A stretch of DNA of 64,000 bases, taken from positions 10,604,001 to 10,668,000 of the forward strand of contig CM052817.1 in the NCBI GenBank assembly GCA_028534125.1, given 5' to 3'. This DNA is from Lama glama. Taxonomy: Eukaryota. A model generated the notes under the pieces. That model saw only the letters and a list, made by a program, of their open reading frames with translations. It searched no databases and was not told the origin of the DNA. Of this stretch, positions 51,989-63,839 are shown piece after piece (within the stretch, counting starts at the first letter, position 1; each line of letters starts with the position of its first letter). The translations under genes were made by a program, and so were the position numbers.

Positions 51989-53384
51989 GTGTCACCCTGA
52001 CACTTTGTCTGGGTCTTTGCTCAAATTCTATCTCCTTGGAGAAGTCTTCACAAGTCATATTAGTGGGGTTCACTGCAGCTCTCCCTCCCTTGACTCCACT
52101 TTGTCTTCATAGTATTTTATCACGATCTATCAGTGTATCATATATGTGTCTGTTTATCTGTCATCTGGCTCCTGTACTGAACTGTGAGTTCTAAAATGGC
52201 AAACCAAACAGAACGCACTTTATCCGGGGGGCATGACTCCTTTTCCCCTGCGCTGAGAATAGATGCCTGGTATAAAACGAGCACTGAAATATTTTTGAAA
52301 AAATGAATGAGTGCAAAAGGTCTTCTCAGATTCTTAGGTAAATTCATGGCATCTTTTGTTGTAAATAAATGCAGGCAGCACTCCAAACCCCTCTCTAGTG
52401 TTACAATCAAGAGGAACATTCGCAAGTAGTCTAGAAATCAGTACAAGGGAAAGAAAAGAAAAAAGATCTTATAGCTTCTGATCACTGTTGTGTAACAAGC
52501 TTCTTACTATTATTTCACTTTCAGTATTGTTCAGCAAAAGATGACAAGATCTACAATGATGTTTCTTATGACTTCTATAAAAAGGGAGGGAAGGCAAAAG
52601 ACCCACTGAATTTGAACCAAGACTGCCCAGATCACTTGTGGGGTAACTTTCCTGTTTCTAAGGCCACATTCTAAGACTTCCGTTGACAACCCAGTGGCCA
52701 GGGAAGGCAGTCAGGCCAGGGAGATGTTTGCTGTCCAACGGGGAGTCAGACAAGCCAAGAGGTCGGTTGGTAAAAATGTCATGAAAGAGACTGGCACGTG
52801 TGCTTCTGGGGCACTTGAACAGCTGAGCCCCTCAGGTATATTTAGCCCAACAATGGGAAGACCTAGAGGCGTGCGTTAATTATCTCCCAATATTTGGAGA
52901 GTGGAGGGCAAGCTTACAAAATATAGAATGAACTTGGTCTGTACAAGCTTAGAAAATGACTTCTGATTGAAAGCGACTAAAAGACTTCAGTTTAATCTTT
53001 CATATTCCTTTTAACAATTCGAACCTCAAACAACAGGATGGATTGCGTCAAAAGGATGCCCAAGTGTTGAGGACACTAGAACAGAGGGAGGGCGAGGGAG
53101 GGCGAGGGAGGACCGAAAAGAGAATCTGACATCCAGCCTGTGGTTAACCTTGGCTGTGGTAATGGTTTCTATTCAACTGGAGATTTTATGACAAAACAAG
53201 GTCTTTGTCTTTATGCTTTCAACACTCGGCCTTATTCCTTAAAAAAATTAAACAAACAAAAATTTCTTGAATTCTAAAAGTGTTTTCTAAAAATAATAGT
53301 TTAATATTATTTTATATCATATTACTTAGCCTGTTTAGTCTTAAAACTTGATATTCTGGGAAAACAGCAGTGGTGGTTGAACAA

Positions 53385-53765
53385 GTTTTTTTAAATGATT
53401 TGATTCAGGTATAATCTACAAGCCATAAAAAGCACACGTTTTCATTTTTAGTACATTTACCAAGTTGTACAATCATCGCCACAACCCTTTTCAGCTCATT
53501 TCCCTTCTGACCATTGGAGGGTAGGGACCCCTGTTCCTACCTCATCCCACCCACATAGTCATATAATACGTAGCCTTTGTAGCAGATTTCCTTCATTTAG
53601 CATATTTTTGAAGTTCATCCTTGCTGTAGCATGTATTAGCTTTTTTTTTTTATGGCTTCAAAGTACTGCATTGCATAGTTATGCCACATTTTGTTTATCC
53701 ATTCACCAGTTAATGGACATTTGAGTTATTTCTGTTTTCTGGCTGTTACAAACAATGACAGCAAC
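53385..53765 (-). mobile_element. Old L1M 3'UTR fragment
   Basis: ttcatttagcatatttttgaagttcatcc...ccacattttgtttatccattcaccagttaatggacatttg. Confidence 0.85.
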
Positions 53766-54380
53766 ATTTTTAAATACCTCCAACTCCCCACATAAGCCAG
53801 ACAGAGTTGCACAATACCAAAAAACCGTGGAAAACATTTACAACGAAGTTAGGTAGCAAGACCAAAAATGCTTTCATTATTGATATATATATATATAAGC
53901 ATGGATTGGAAAACAGCAAAGTCCAGTTTTATATCATATTTAATGAAAAAATATTTAGAACATATTTTTAAAATTAGAAAGCAGGTTACAAAATAATAAG
54001 TGCAGTGAAATCTCAAATATTTGTATCTATACATGATTACATAATTGTAAGGTGCACATCTTTTCCAATATCAGTGGCTGGGAAGTCTCAATGCATGCTT
54101 TACAAGAGGACTTTAATTCACTGTCTTTGTCAGGCCATCACTGTCACTGCACATGTGCCAATGTTAAAAACAGAAGCATTATAATTTGCAGATTAGGTGT
54201 GAATGACTTGGAAGAAAATGAGAGACAAATGGATCACTCTCTCACCTCTCGGAATCGGATGGTTCAGGGTAAGAGTCAAGGAGACTGTGCATCCAACGAG
54301 ATTAGCTACATTCCTGAAACCTGAATTTAAACTTCGGCAAGCTCTATGTAATGCAAAGTCTGTTCAGAGCTCAGCACCGA

Positions 54381-54533
54381 TTTTTTTTTTTAATAATCTT
54401 TATGTCTCCATTTATTTTTATTTAGTGTTTTTTTTAGGTGGGGGTGACTAGATTTATTTATTTATTTTTAGAGTAGGTCCTGGGTTCAATTCCCAGGACC
54501 TTGTGCTCTACCACTTGAGCTATACCCTCCCCC
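54381..54533 (-). mobile_element. Vic-1-like SINE, internally deleted and rearranged
   Basis: The plus strand shows a T-rich tail and then ...cccaggaccttgtgctctaccacttgagctataccctccccc. Confidence 0.85.
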
Positions 54534-56195
54534 GTGATGGTTTTTATTTTTATTTAATTTGTACTCCTGTTGATATATGCACAAGAGTGAGATTGGATTT
54601 AAAAAGGCAAAGTCTGAAAGAGCTTTTTCAATAAGTATATAATAAAAATCCTATGTGATAAGAAAAAGTGACATGAACTTCAAGACACAGGCAGACAGGA
54701 TAGACCATCGAGAGCCACAAGATACACATTAATAGGGTCCAGCCAGGAAGCAACGAAAGGAAGCTATGGGCCATCTGACGGCCCCAAAAATACGTGAACC
54801 AAAAATAACCAATAGGTTTTCGCTGGAAAGTGAGGCAGGCCAGTCTGAAAATAGCAGCTGAAACTGGTAGGGAAAACGCCAGAAAGTTATTAACCAAAAA
54901 GTCCATTAATAACTATCCATGGAAGGGAGTTGTGACTAGGACAGGGTTTCTGGGCTGGTGGCAAAATTCTGATCTCTGTTGTGGCCAAAATATCTCATTC
55001 TACCACCTTCAGCTATACAAAATTAACTGATTTCAAAAGAAATTCTGAGAGATTACCATGGTTACTTGAGAAAAAGCAGACCCTATGCCCTCCTCCAGAC
55101 CCTCCGTATCAGAGAGTCGGAGATCAAAGCCAAGGAATACTAAAGATCGTTCAAGTTTATGGGGGAAAACTTAGGATTAATTTCACCAAAAGTTATTTTT
55201 CAAAATCAACTGCATTTTAGAAAGAATCGTACATTTAGTCAGTAACGACATCTCTTCCAATTTTATAAAAGAAAATTTTGTTCAATAAAAGAGTCTCTAT
55301 CTAGAGCCATCTCCTGATCTAGACCGATCCGGAGGAGGCCTCCCTGTTCCTCGGTGATGACTCAGAGCTCTCCACCAGAAGGGCTGGGAAGGGCTCAGAG
55401 CAAGGAGACATCCTGTTATGTAAGCCCACAGCCAAAGACAGGCCGTCTCCAGGGAAGACAGCCGAAGTAGAGTCTAATTTGGGGAGGAGGGGTGCTTCCT
55501 TATGAAGGCAACTCATCTATAGCAATCCATATAAAGAGCTTTAGCGTCCATGAAATATCCCACATCCTCCTCCTCCCACTCCAATTTGAGACATCAAAAA
55601 CCCTTAGTACTAGGTAAGGGATGCATCATAGGAGGACAATGAAGTTCAAGGAGGGAGGCCAGGTGCATAGAAGTAGTGGGCTGGGGCTCTGACCAGCATC
55701 TTTACCTCCAGTCCCACCACCCTCCTAATGGGCCTTTCCACAACCAATTCAAAGCCACAAAATCACCTTGTTTTAGAGGCACTGCAGGTTTGGATAAATT
55801 GACTATGGAGACAGAAATTCTTAAGTATTCTTCATGCAACAAGTTCGTAAACATTTAGTATTCTGAATCTATTTCTTTCTCTGAAACACCTATCGAGTTG
55901 ATTGATAATTTATGCAAGGATGATGTTCTGTAACATTTAAATCTACGGGTGCATACCTCTGCCCTAACATCGCCTCTGATTTTTCCTACCTCATTTTCCT
56001 TAAAGGAGTCAAAACTTGGTAGATACAAAAGAGTTACTGCAGCTAAAGCCTGAAGTTTAAAAGAGAAAGCGCTGTGAGGGTCACTGAACGGATCTGTATT
56101 GCACCTGCTCTATATAGGATTTTTCTCTACTAATAGACGATTAAATGTAAACCCTGATGTACATTCCGTTTTACATGCAATATGGGTTAGTTACT

Positions 56196-56209
56196 GTTGC
56201 TATGGAAAC
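56196..56209. promoter_or_regulatory. RFX X-box motif
   Basis: GTTGCTATGGAAAC is a close match to the palindrome GTTGCCATGGCAAC and lies in unique sequence. Confidence 0.45.
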
Positions 56210-57189
56210 CTTCACTTTCGCATTTACTGATTTTAATTCTGTGACATTTGCTGACTTTAGTACAATGTAAAGTTTATAAATATAACATACAGGTTTGCAG
56301 AGGGTTTTTTTAAGTGTTCAATTTGCATAGATCATTCCATCACACGTCTCAAGGGAAAAGGCGTTAAACTGACGCCAACTAAGAGTAATCATTAAACAAC
56401 AAGCTATTTCCAGAAATAAATATTTCCATCGATTCTCAAAAATCTCCTTTTACTAACCAAACACCCCATCCATTGTATAAGTCTTCTCACCACTGATTCA
56501 GTGATAATTTCCCAGTGTGAAATTTGTAAAGTCATTTTATTTATTCAAAACATTTCCCCATATTATCTCATTTTACCTTTAACATTAACCTGAGGAGAGA
56601 CAGGCCAGATGTAGTTTAAAGAAAGAAATGACCTCACTTTAGGGACCGTTTCCAATCCAGGGCAAACAACCCTTTGACTTTCAACTGGATCTTCAAGGGG
56701 TTCATTGCGACAAACCATCTTATTTTCCTTCTTATTCCCAGTCTTAGTCATCTTTGCATCTTTGGAATCTCTCATGGTTCCCATACGTGGAATAAATGCA
56801 TGCTCTCTAAATGTCCCTACATTTTTTTTTTGATTCCCTGAGTATTGCCACTTAACAAATATAGAAACTGAGACCTGTAATCACAATGCAAAAACATCCA
56901 AAGTCACCCAGCAACTAATTCAAAAAGTAAATGCACCCATAGGAATTGAATGAACTGACATTCATGTATGATGAGCACCCAATACTTTTGAGGTATTCCC
57001 ATCGGCATGGATGAAAATCTACTTCCCTGTCACAGAGTCACTGCAAAATAAATTATTCTGTGAGTGTCCCCAGGGAGAGCCTGGATTCAGGTAGCCGTAC
57101 CCATATGTATATAAATATAAAAGAGAGCATGTAGGTGAAGCACTTTAAATGGTTCCACCAAAGTCTGCACATTCAACAAAGGGAACAAA

Positions 57190-57810
57190 TTTAACCAACA
57201 TTTATTGAGCTTCTATGTTGAGTCGGACACTGCTCAGCATAATTAGAGTGGTGAAGGGTACAGAGTTGTGCTGGAGAAGGGAAGAGGGGATGAAAGCAAG
57301 CTGTAATGCCATGCTTCAAGCTTACTGGGAGGAGGAAGACAGGCCAGCAAAATGGCAAATGGGCTTAAGAGACTCACAAGAGCTTTTCAAAGACAAGAGG
57401 CACTTGAGAGAAAACCGACCACTAATAACCAAGAAGAAACAGGGAAATAATGAGACTCAAAAATGGGGAAAAAGAATAAACTCTTAATCAATCTTTGCTT
57501 TAAAAAAATAAAAAGAATGTTGAACAAACTGGTGAGTGCTGAAGATGCTGTGAAAGTAGAAGCTAATCAAAAGTAGGCAGAGGGAAGGGGCTTGGGAAAC
57601 GCACAGCTCGGAACGCACAGCTTGGCGGAGGCAGAGAGGGCTATGAAGGAATTTAACGGAACTGATGGACCGGAAGGATGCTGTTACAGCTGTTTCAAGT
57701 GGATTCTGGGAAGCAGGTAGAGTGAACATCATTAAACTGAACACTGATTTTGAGCTTGAGGACACAAGTACATGCTGTTGGCAGGAATGGGTAGAGGGGA
57801 AATCTGGGAA
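57190..57810 (-). mobile_element. L2 LINE fragments
   Basis: atttaaccaacatttattgagcttctatgttg..ggacactgct is the antisense L2 3' end. Confidence 0.6.
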
Positions 57811-58999
57811 GGGTCCCTACTGTTATTCCGGTAACCCTAGAGTTAGGCTGGAGACCTCTCTTACCCAAGGCCCTCCATCGCCAATCCATCACCAAGTACT
57901 GCTCCATGCACACTCATCTGCGCCCCCTCCCACTATGGACATTGATCCAACTTACTATGACTTTTTACCGGGAAAACTGTAATATCCTTCTCTAACTTGT
58001 CTTTTTGCTGCTGCTTTTAAAGCCTTCCAAATCATTCTCCATTCAGCAGCCTGAGTGCTGTTTTCGAAATACCATTAAAATGATTATATTCTGTGGACAG
58101 GGGGCCCAAGCATGGAAAGCAGTGCAGGTAGAATAGCGCCTCCTTCAGGAAATATGCAGCTGTCTTCAGACCTGCAGAGACTTCCCCGAGAAGAGGTCAG
58201 CCAACCCCACCTTATTCCTGCCCCCGATCAGCCTCTCGACGCTTTGTTCCCTCCTACTGGGATGCTTTTTCTGTTTCAACAAATCCTAATAATAATCCCT
58301 AATGGGACCAATCCAATTCCAACCTTCTCCATACCACATGGCAAAAACATTCTACTGTATTCATTGTATTCTAAGGACAATTTAGCCCTACCTTTAAATT
58401 CTTCATGTGTTCAGTTGATTTATAGTGAGTATCAATCAGATTCTAGGTCCTATGTTAGACCCTGGGTGACTAAATTAAACAAAAATCGTCCTATTTGTAC
58501 AACTGGGCGGTTTCTGCTCTGCAAAAAGGCAGTTGGCCAAGGAAATAGGAGGAGGGAGCTGAAATCCAAAACACTTTGCCAAGCCCTTTGGGGCTAGGGT
58601 CCACCAGGAAGACCAGAAAGCTGTCTCTTTGCACAAAAAGGCTGTAGGCTCACCCAGAGGGAACACCTTTTACTAACTCACAGAAACATGTCCTATAGGC
58701 CGCTGTGCCTAGAAGGACAGACAGACACTGTGCTTGTCTGTGTATTTAAACCCCGGGGCCTGCTTCTTTTCTCATACTCTATTCAGCCAAGAAAGGTCTG
58801 GAGCATCTCTTTTGCAGTGAGCCCTGCGTATTGTGTTGCTGGATACAAAGATGAGCCAGCCATGGTCCCTGACCCCAGAAGGCCATGGTGACGTGAACTC
58901 ACAGTGGATGCTCTGTGTACACATACTGGGTCCCACCTAGGAACCAAAGTCATCACCAATGACAAGCCTTCAGTTGTGCCTCATGTTATGATCCAAGGG

Positions 59000-59310
59000 C
59001 TGCTTGAACTTTCCTGGGCCTCAGTTTCTCCATCTGTAAAGTGGGGCACTGTCTGGAGAATGTGTAGAATTGAGGGGTGAAAATCAGCTCTGGACTTGGG
59101 TGCACCCAGGATGAAGCCATCATGGGACTCTTCACTGCTGTGAAATTCAGGGCTAATGACTAAGCCTCTCTCAGCCTCAGTTTCCTCATCTGAAAAATGG
59201 ACATAATAATCCTACTTCCTGTACTGCTCTGCAGCCTTACGGAGACAGTAAAATAAAGCATTCAGCTGTGAGACTGACATGCAGCAAACAACCACTAAGT
59301 GGACAGTGTG
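59000..59310 (+). mobile_element. Two adjacent MIR SINEs
   Basis: gggcctcagtttctccatctgtaaagtgggg and cagcctcagtttcctcatctgaaaaatggacataata. Confidence 0.85.
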
Positions 59311-59552
59311 ATTCTCATTTCTCCTTATCTTGAATTTTTGAGATACTACTTTCTTTTTTTCATCCAGTCCCCTGCCCTCAGTTTTATGGGTCCCTAACTA
59401 CTCAAGGCTTTGCATGATCTGTTTTCTTCCTAAACTCCTCTCAATATTTTCTAGCTATATACCATAGTTGGAGGAGGGGGATTTTTTTTTTAAGATTCAT
59501 CAAGTGAAAACTTGGAAGTTTCATAAAAATTACTGTGATTAACACTTTGGAA

Positions 59553-59633
59553 GGGGAGGGTATAGTTCAGTGGTGGAGCACATGCCTAGCATGCAGTGAG
59601 GTCCTGGGTTCAATGCCCAGTACTTCCATTGAA

Positions 59634-59680
<47 letters not shown>

Positions 59681-59732
59681 AGTAATTAAGTAATCACTCC
59701 CAACCCACCCCCACCCCCACCCCCCCAAAAAA
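59553..59732 (+). mobile_element. Vic-1-like SINE with expanded (AAAT)n at 59632-59680
   Basis: ggggagggtatagttcagtggtggagcacatgcctagcatgcagtgaggtcctgggttcaatgcccagtacttcca. Confidence 0.92.
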
Positions 59733-59734
59733 GA

Positions 59735-59860
59735 GGGGGAGGGTATAACTCAGTGGTATTGTGCACGAGGTCCTAGGTTCAATCCCTGGCATCTTCATTA
59801 AAATAAATAAATAAACTGAATCCCCCACCCCCTGCAAGAAAAAACAAACAAACAAAAAAA
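59735..59860 (+). mobile_element. Second tandem Vic-1-like SINE with a deleted anticodon arm
   Basis: ggggagggtataactcagtggtattgtgcacgaggtcctaggttcaatccctgg followed by an A-rich tail. Confidence 0.88.
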
Positions 59861-61199
59861 TCCCCTTTGGTAAGGATGAAATTTTCTACCCTATACACAG
59901 ACAATTTCTCATGGTCTTGGGGAGAAAAAAAGGATTATGTTTGCCCTATCTTGGCTTCTTAAGTAGGCTTTTTAAGTAGGAGTTCCCCTTTTCTTCCTTC
60001 CTCACCCAAGGTTTAGATTACAATAAATTTGGGGACCTGGTTGTAGCCATCATGGGGGCATTAATGCTGCACGGCTTTATCTCTCTGTTTTGGGATGTTT
60101 AAGCAGCTTAATTCCTCTAAAGATCACCGGATACGCAGTGTCATCAAAAAGTTAGCAGTGCCCTAGATTAAAAATATGAATATTTGGGTCACATTTTACC
60201 ACATGATGGAAACAACTTAGAGCGTGAGCAGGTGCGTGTGTGCGTGTGTCCCAATACCCTAGTCCCTGCTGGGATAACCTCCATCCTCACTGCTCTCAAC
60301 AGCTCAGCCTTGCCCATAATGAATAGATTTTAGCTACCCGTCTTCCTCTCTAGGCTCTGAGCATCCTGAGGGCAGGGCTCTCTGGTAGTCCTCCATCACT
60401 GAGCACATAATAAAAAAAACGCAACAGGTTATTGAGGGATGAATGAAGGCAACCCCATCCCAGACACCGCAGGATGCCACCATGAATGTTACCTTTTGAA
60501 TGGTTTTAAAATCAAAGCCATAATAAAGTAACAGCAGAGTTCTTTCTTCTCTCTTTTTCCCCTGCCTCCATTTAGAAAAAAAATCACAGGAAATACAGAA
60601 TTAGGACTGGAAACCATTCCGCGTCCATTCTCTCCCCACCTCCCGCAATCTCACCTTATACCAAGAGTATCTGGTATCTCCTTCAAGGAGGCCTCCAGAG
60701 ACCCGGTAATATTATATATGGTTGGGCTCCTTGGAAATACAATGGAGTGAATGAAGGCAGAGTTTTCAGTTTCTAACTATAAATGTCTTGACATCTTTTC
60801 CTTTCAGACAAACGGCTGGAAACATAAGAACTATATTTTAATGTTTATTTGTTTCAAATACAATTTTTTTTTCAACAAATGAGAAGTTTTGAGCCTGGGA
60901 AAAAAATAGGTTTAAATCACCATCCTAGCAAGCAGTTTTTAAAATAGTACACACAAGTAATCATTTCAAAGCAGTTTAATGCACTCAGCCAACAGGCATT
61001 AACAGTCTTTTTGGAATAACCTAACACCTTAAGCTTATTTTCGAGTCTTGGTTCAGATGATTTTTAACCTTTCTTAAAAAAAAAAAAAACTAACTCACGG
61101 TACAGGGCACCTACTGAACTCTGTAATTTTAGTACATCCTGCATTTGCATTTTGAGGTTCTTTTATAAAGACCGGAAAAAACAAACCCCAGGCCTTCTC

Positions 61200-62160
61200 T
61201 TTCATGTGCAGGTTTTAAGACAATGGTGCCCGAGTGTGAGGAGGCGGAGGGGCGCTGCAGCTCCAGCCTGTGTGCAGAAAAGCAAGAAAAATCTTGCTGT
61301 GACTCAGCAAGGGAGGTGGGGGGGAAAGGGCGGGAGGCTCAGCGGAGAGCGTCAAGAACACGTTATTTACCTTGATTTGATTTTTAATGTGGGAGATTCA
61401 AAACAGAAGCACACCGTCCACCTAACGGGAATCAGACCCAGGGACCTGTCTTGTCGGGTCCAGAGCTGTCAGAAGAGGAAACAGGCTCAGGAAAGGGAAA
61501 GATTTATCTAAGGCTGCAGGCTCCAGGTTAGGAAGGAGAGAAGCTATGAGAAGAGTTCAGGAAACACCCTTGAAATGAACAAGTGTCTTTGGCCTTCAAC
61601 ATGACGTGAAGCACCAGGTAGGGAGGGGCAGAGCCACGCCCCGACACCACCCGGGCTGAGCAGCGTCCCTCCGGGTCTCACTGAGTGGCCAAGTTGTTCC
61701 TGTGATCTCTTGTCCTGCCCACCCTGCCACCAGAGAAACTGAGGTTCAGAGCCTCATGCAACCTGTCCTGGGTGGGGTAGGATTTCAAGCCTTACTGTCT
61801 TCTCTCCTCCCTTTCCGCACCCAGCCTCTTCACCTGACGCACTGCCACCTCGCTCCGGGGGTCTTGGTGCCAGGCTGGCTGCCAAGGGAGGGCATCTTCC
61901 CAGAAACCACAGCACATCACTTCCGGGTTCCCAATGCTGTGGAGGCAGGACGGAAAGCCTGGGTGGGTGATCCTGCAGACCCACCCTCTAAAAGGGCTGC
62001 TAACAGTTCTGCGGCCCACACCATGGCCTCCCTGGTGGACAAATAAAGTGTCCCTAGACAAGTTACGTAACCTTGGCTTACGGTAATTTTGCATCTTAAA
62101 AAAAATGCCATGAAAATCCTTCCTTTGCTTCAGACACACTAGGCTAAAAATAGCACAGTC
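61200..62160. promoter_or_regulatory. GC-rich enhancer-like region
   Basis: ARE/MARE TGACTCAGCA (61300-61309), ETS ACTTCCGG (61919-61926), PAR-bZIP palindrome GTTACGTAAC (62062-62071), MEF2 CTAAAAATAG (62144-62153), and raised CpG density. Confidence 0.45.
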
Positions 62161-63134
62161 AGCCAGTAAGTGTGTGTAATTTTTCCTTTGTGCATCTCCC
62201 CATCCACTGATTCCTTCCTCTCAGCAGACAAATATGCTCTGAGAAAGACCGCCAGTCCACCCTCCACAAAGTAACCAGAGGGATCCTACTCAAAGGCACC
62301 TCAAGTGGTTTCACTTGTCAGGCAAAAAAATACGCAAAACTTCATCAGTTCTCTTTGCCTGAGAGAAGCAGCCAGTGTTGATGGACTCCTTACTACTGCG
62401 GGCAAGGCCAGCTGGGCTACAGGCTGGTGGGCCTTACCTCACCAAATTCCCTAAAACAAAACCTATGAGCTGAGGGCTTCTCTTGTGTCTCTTTCCAGAT
62501 GAGGAAACCAAGGCACTGAGAAATTAAATAATCATGCCAGGGCCCTGTTCACACCACGCTAACGCCCAACAGACAGCCTCTCAAGGATAGAGACCACAGC
62601 CCCACTGGACATAAAAAAGCCTTTGCAATCAACCCCCATGTCCTCTCCGGGTTTACCTCCAACCCCCTCACCGATCTACCCCACACATGTATATACCCGC
62701 TCTGATGTGCACCCTGGTTCCTAAGCCCCAGCCATGCCAAGATCCTCACCGAGCTTCCTTAAACAAAGCGTCACCTTCCAAGATTCAGTTTCTTTGCCTG
62801 GGCCTTTCCTTCTGCCAAACACATCCTTTCCAGCCCCATTCTCAAATTGGCAAATTCCTGTTCATCCCTCAAGGTCCTTCTTCCCTGCAAATCCTTACTC
62901 TCCCGGAGCCCTTTCAAGTCAGGCATGTTGCCCTCTGCATCCCCAGGCCAGTAATACAATGAAGCGTGATCGCGGCCATTCCCACTTAGAGGGTGGAGGC
63001 CCCGTGCTCATCACTGTACAGGAATAATCTCACTGATGCTCATAAAAATCCAAAGACATAGATTCTATCACCATCCCCACATTCCCCATGAGCACAGAGG
63101 GATAAATTAACTCACTGAAGGTCACATAAATAGT

Positions 63135-63839
63135 TTGGTGCAACCATTATGGAAAACAGTACGGAGATTCCTCAAAAATCTAAAAATAGGCTTACCATAT
63201 GATCCAGCAATCCTAGTCCTGGGCATATATCTGGGGGAAACTTTAATTCAAAAAGATACATGCACCCCAGTGTTCATAGCAGCACTGTTTACAATAGCCA
63301 AGACATGGAAACACCCTAAATGTCCATCAACAGATGACTGGATTAAAGTTGTGGTATATTTATATAATGAAATACTACTCAACCATAAAAAAGAATAAAA
63401 TAATGTCATTTGCAGCAACATGAATGGACCTGGAAATCATCATTCTAAGTGAAGTAAGCCAGAAACAGAAAGAAAAATACTGTATGATATCACTCATATG
63501 TGGAATCTAAAAAAAGAAAAAAGAAGACACTAATGAACTCATCTACAAAACAGAAATAGACTCGCAGACATAGTAAACAATCTTATGGTTACCGAGGGGA
63601 AAGGGGGTAGGAAGGGATGAACTGGGAGTTTGAGATTTGCAGATATTAACTACTATATATAAAAACAGAAAAAACCAAATTTTTTCTGTATAGCACAGGG
63701 AACTATATTCAAATATTATAATAACTTTTAATGAAAAAGAAAATAAACATGAATATATATGTACATGTATGACTGGGACATTATGCTGTACACCACAGAT
63801 TGACACATTGTAACTGACTGTACTTCAATTAAAAAAAAA
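63135..63839 (+). mobile_element. Young 5'-truncated L1 with ORF2p C-terminal remnant
   Basis: Translates [31 protein letters not shown]...TCTPVFIAALFTIAKTWKHPKCPS, the L1 ORF2p C-terminus, then frameshifts. It has a polyA tail and a 14-bp TSD gtcaca(t/c)aaatagt at 63121-63134 and 63840-63853. Confidence 0.96.

Noticed and set aside
58112..58597. 161-aa ORF
   Set aside because: It overlaps degenerate L2-like sequence and shows no protein similarity that I recognise.
60655..60815. Minus-strand exon-like segment with donor AAG|gtgaga
   Set aside because: The longer acceptor gives stops in all frames. The shorter one is closed in the phase needed to join the 56874 candidate. A non-coding exon cannot be excluded.
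63135..63398. L1 ORF2p-like ORF as a gene
   Set aside because: It is a 5'-truncated L1 insertion with a frameshift after WIK.
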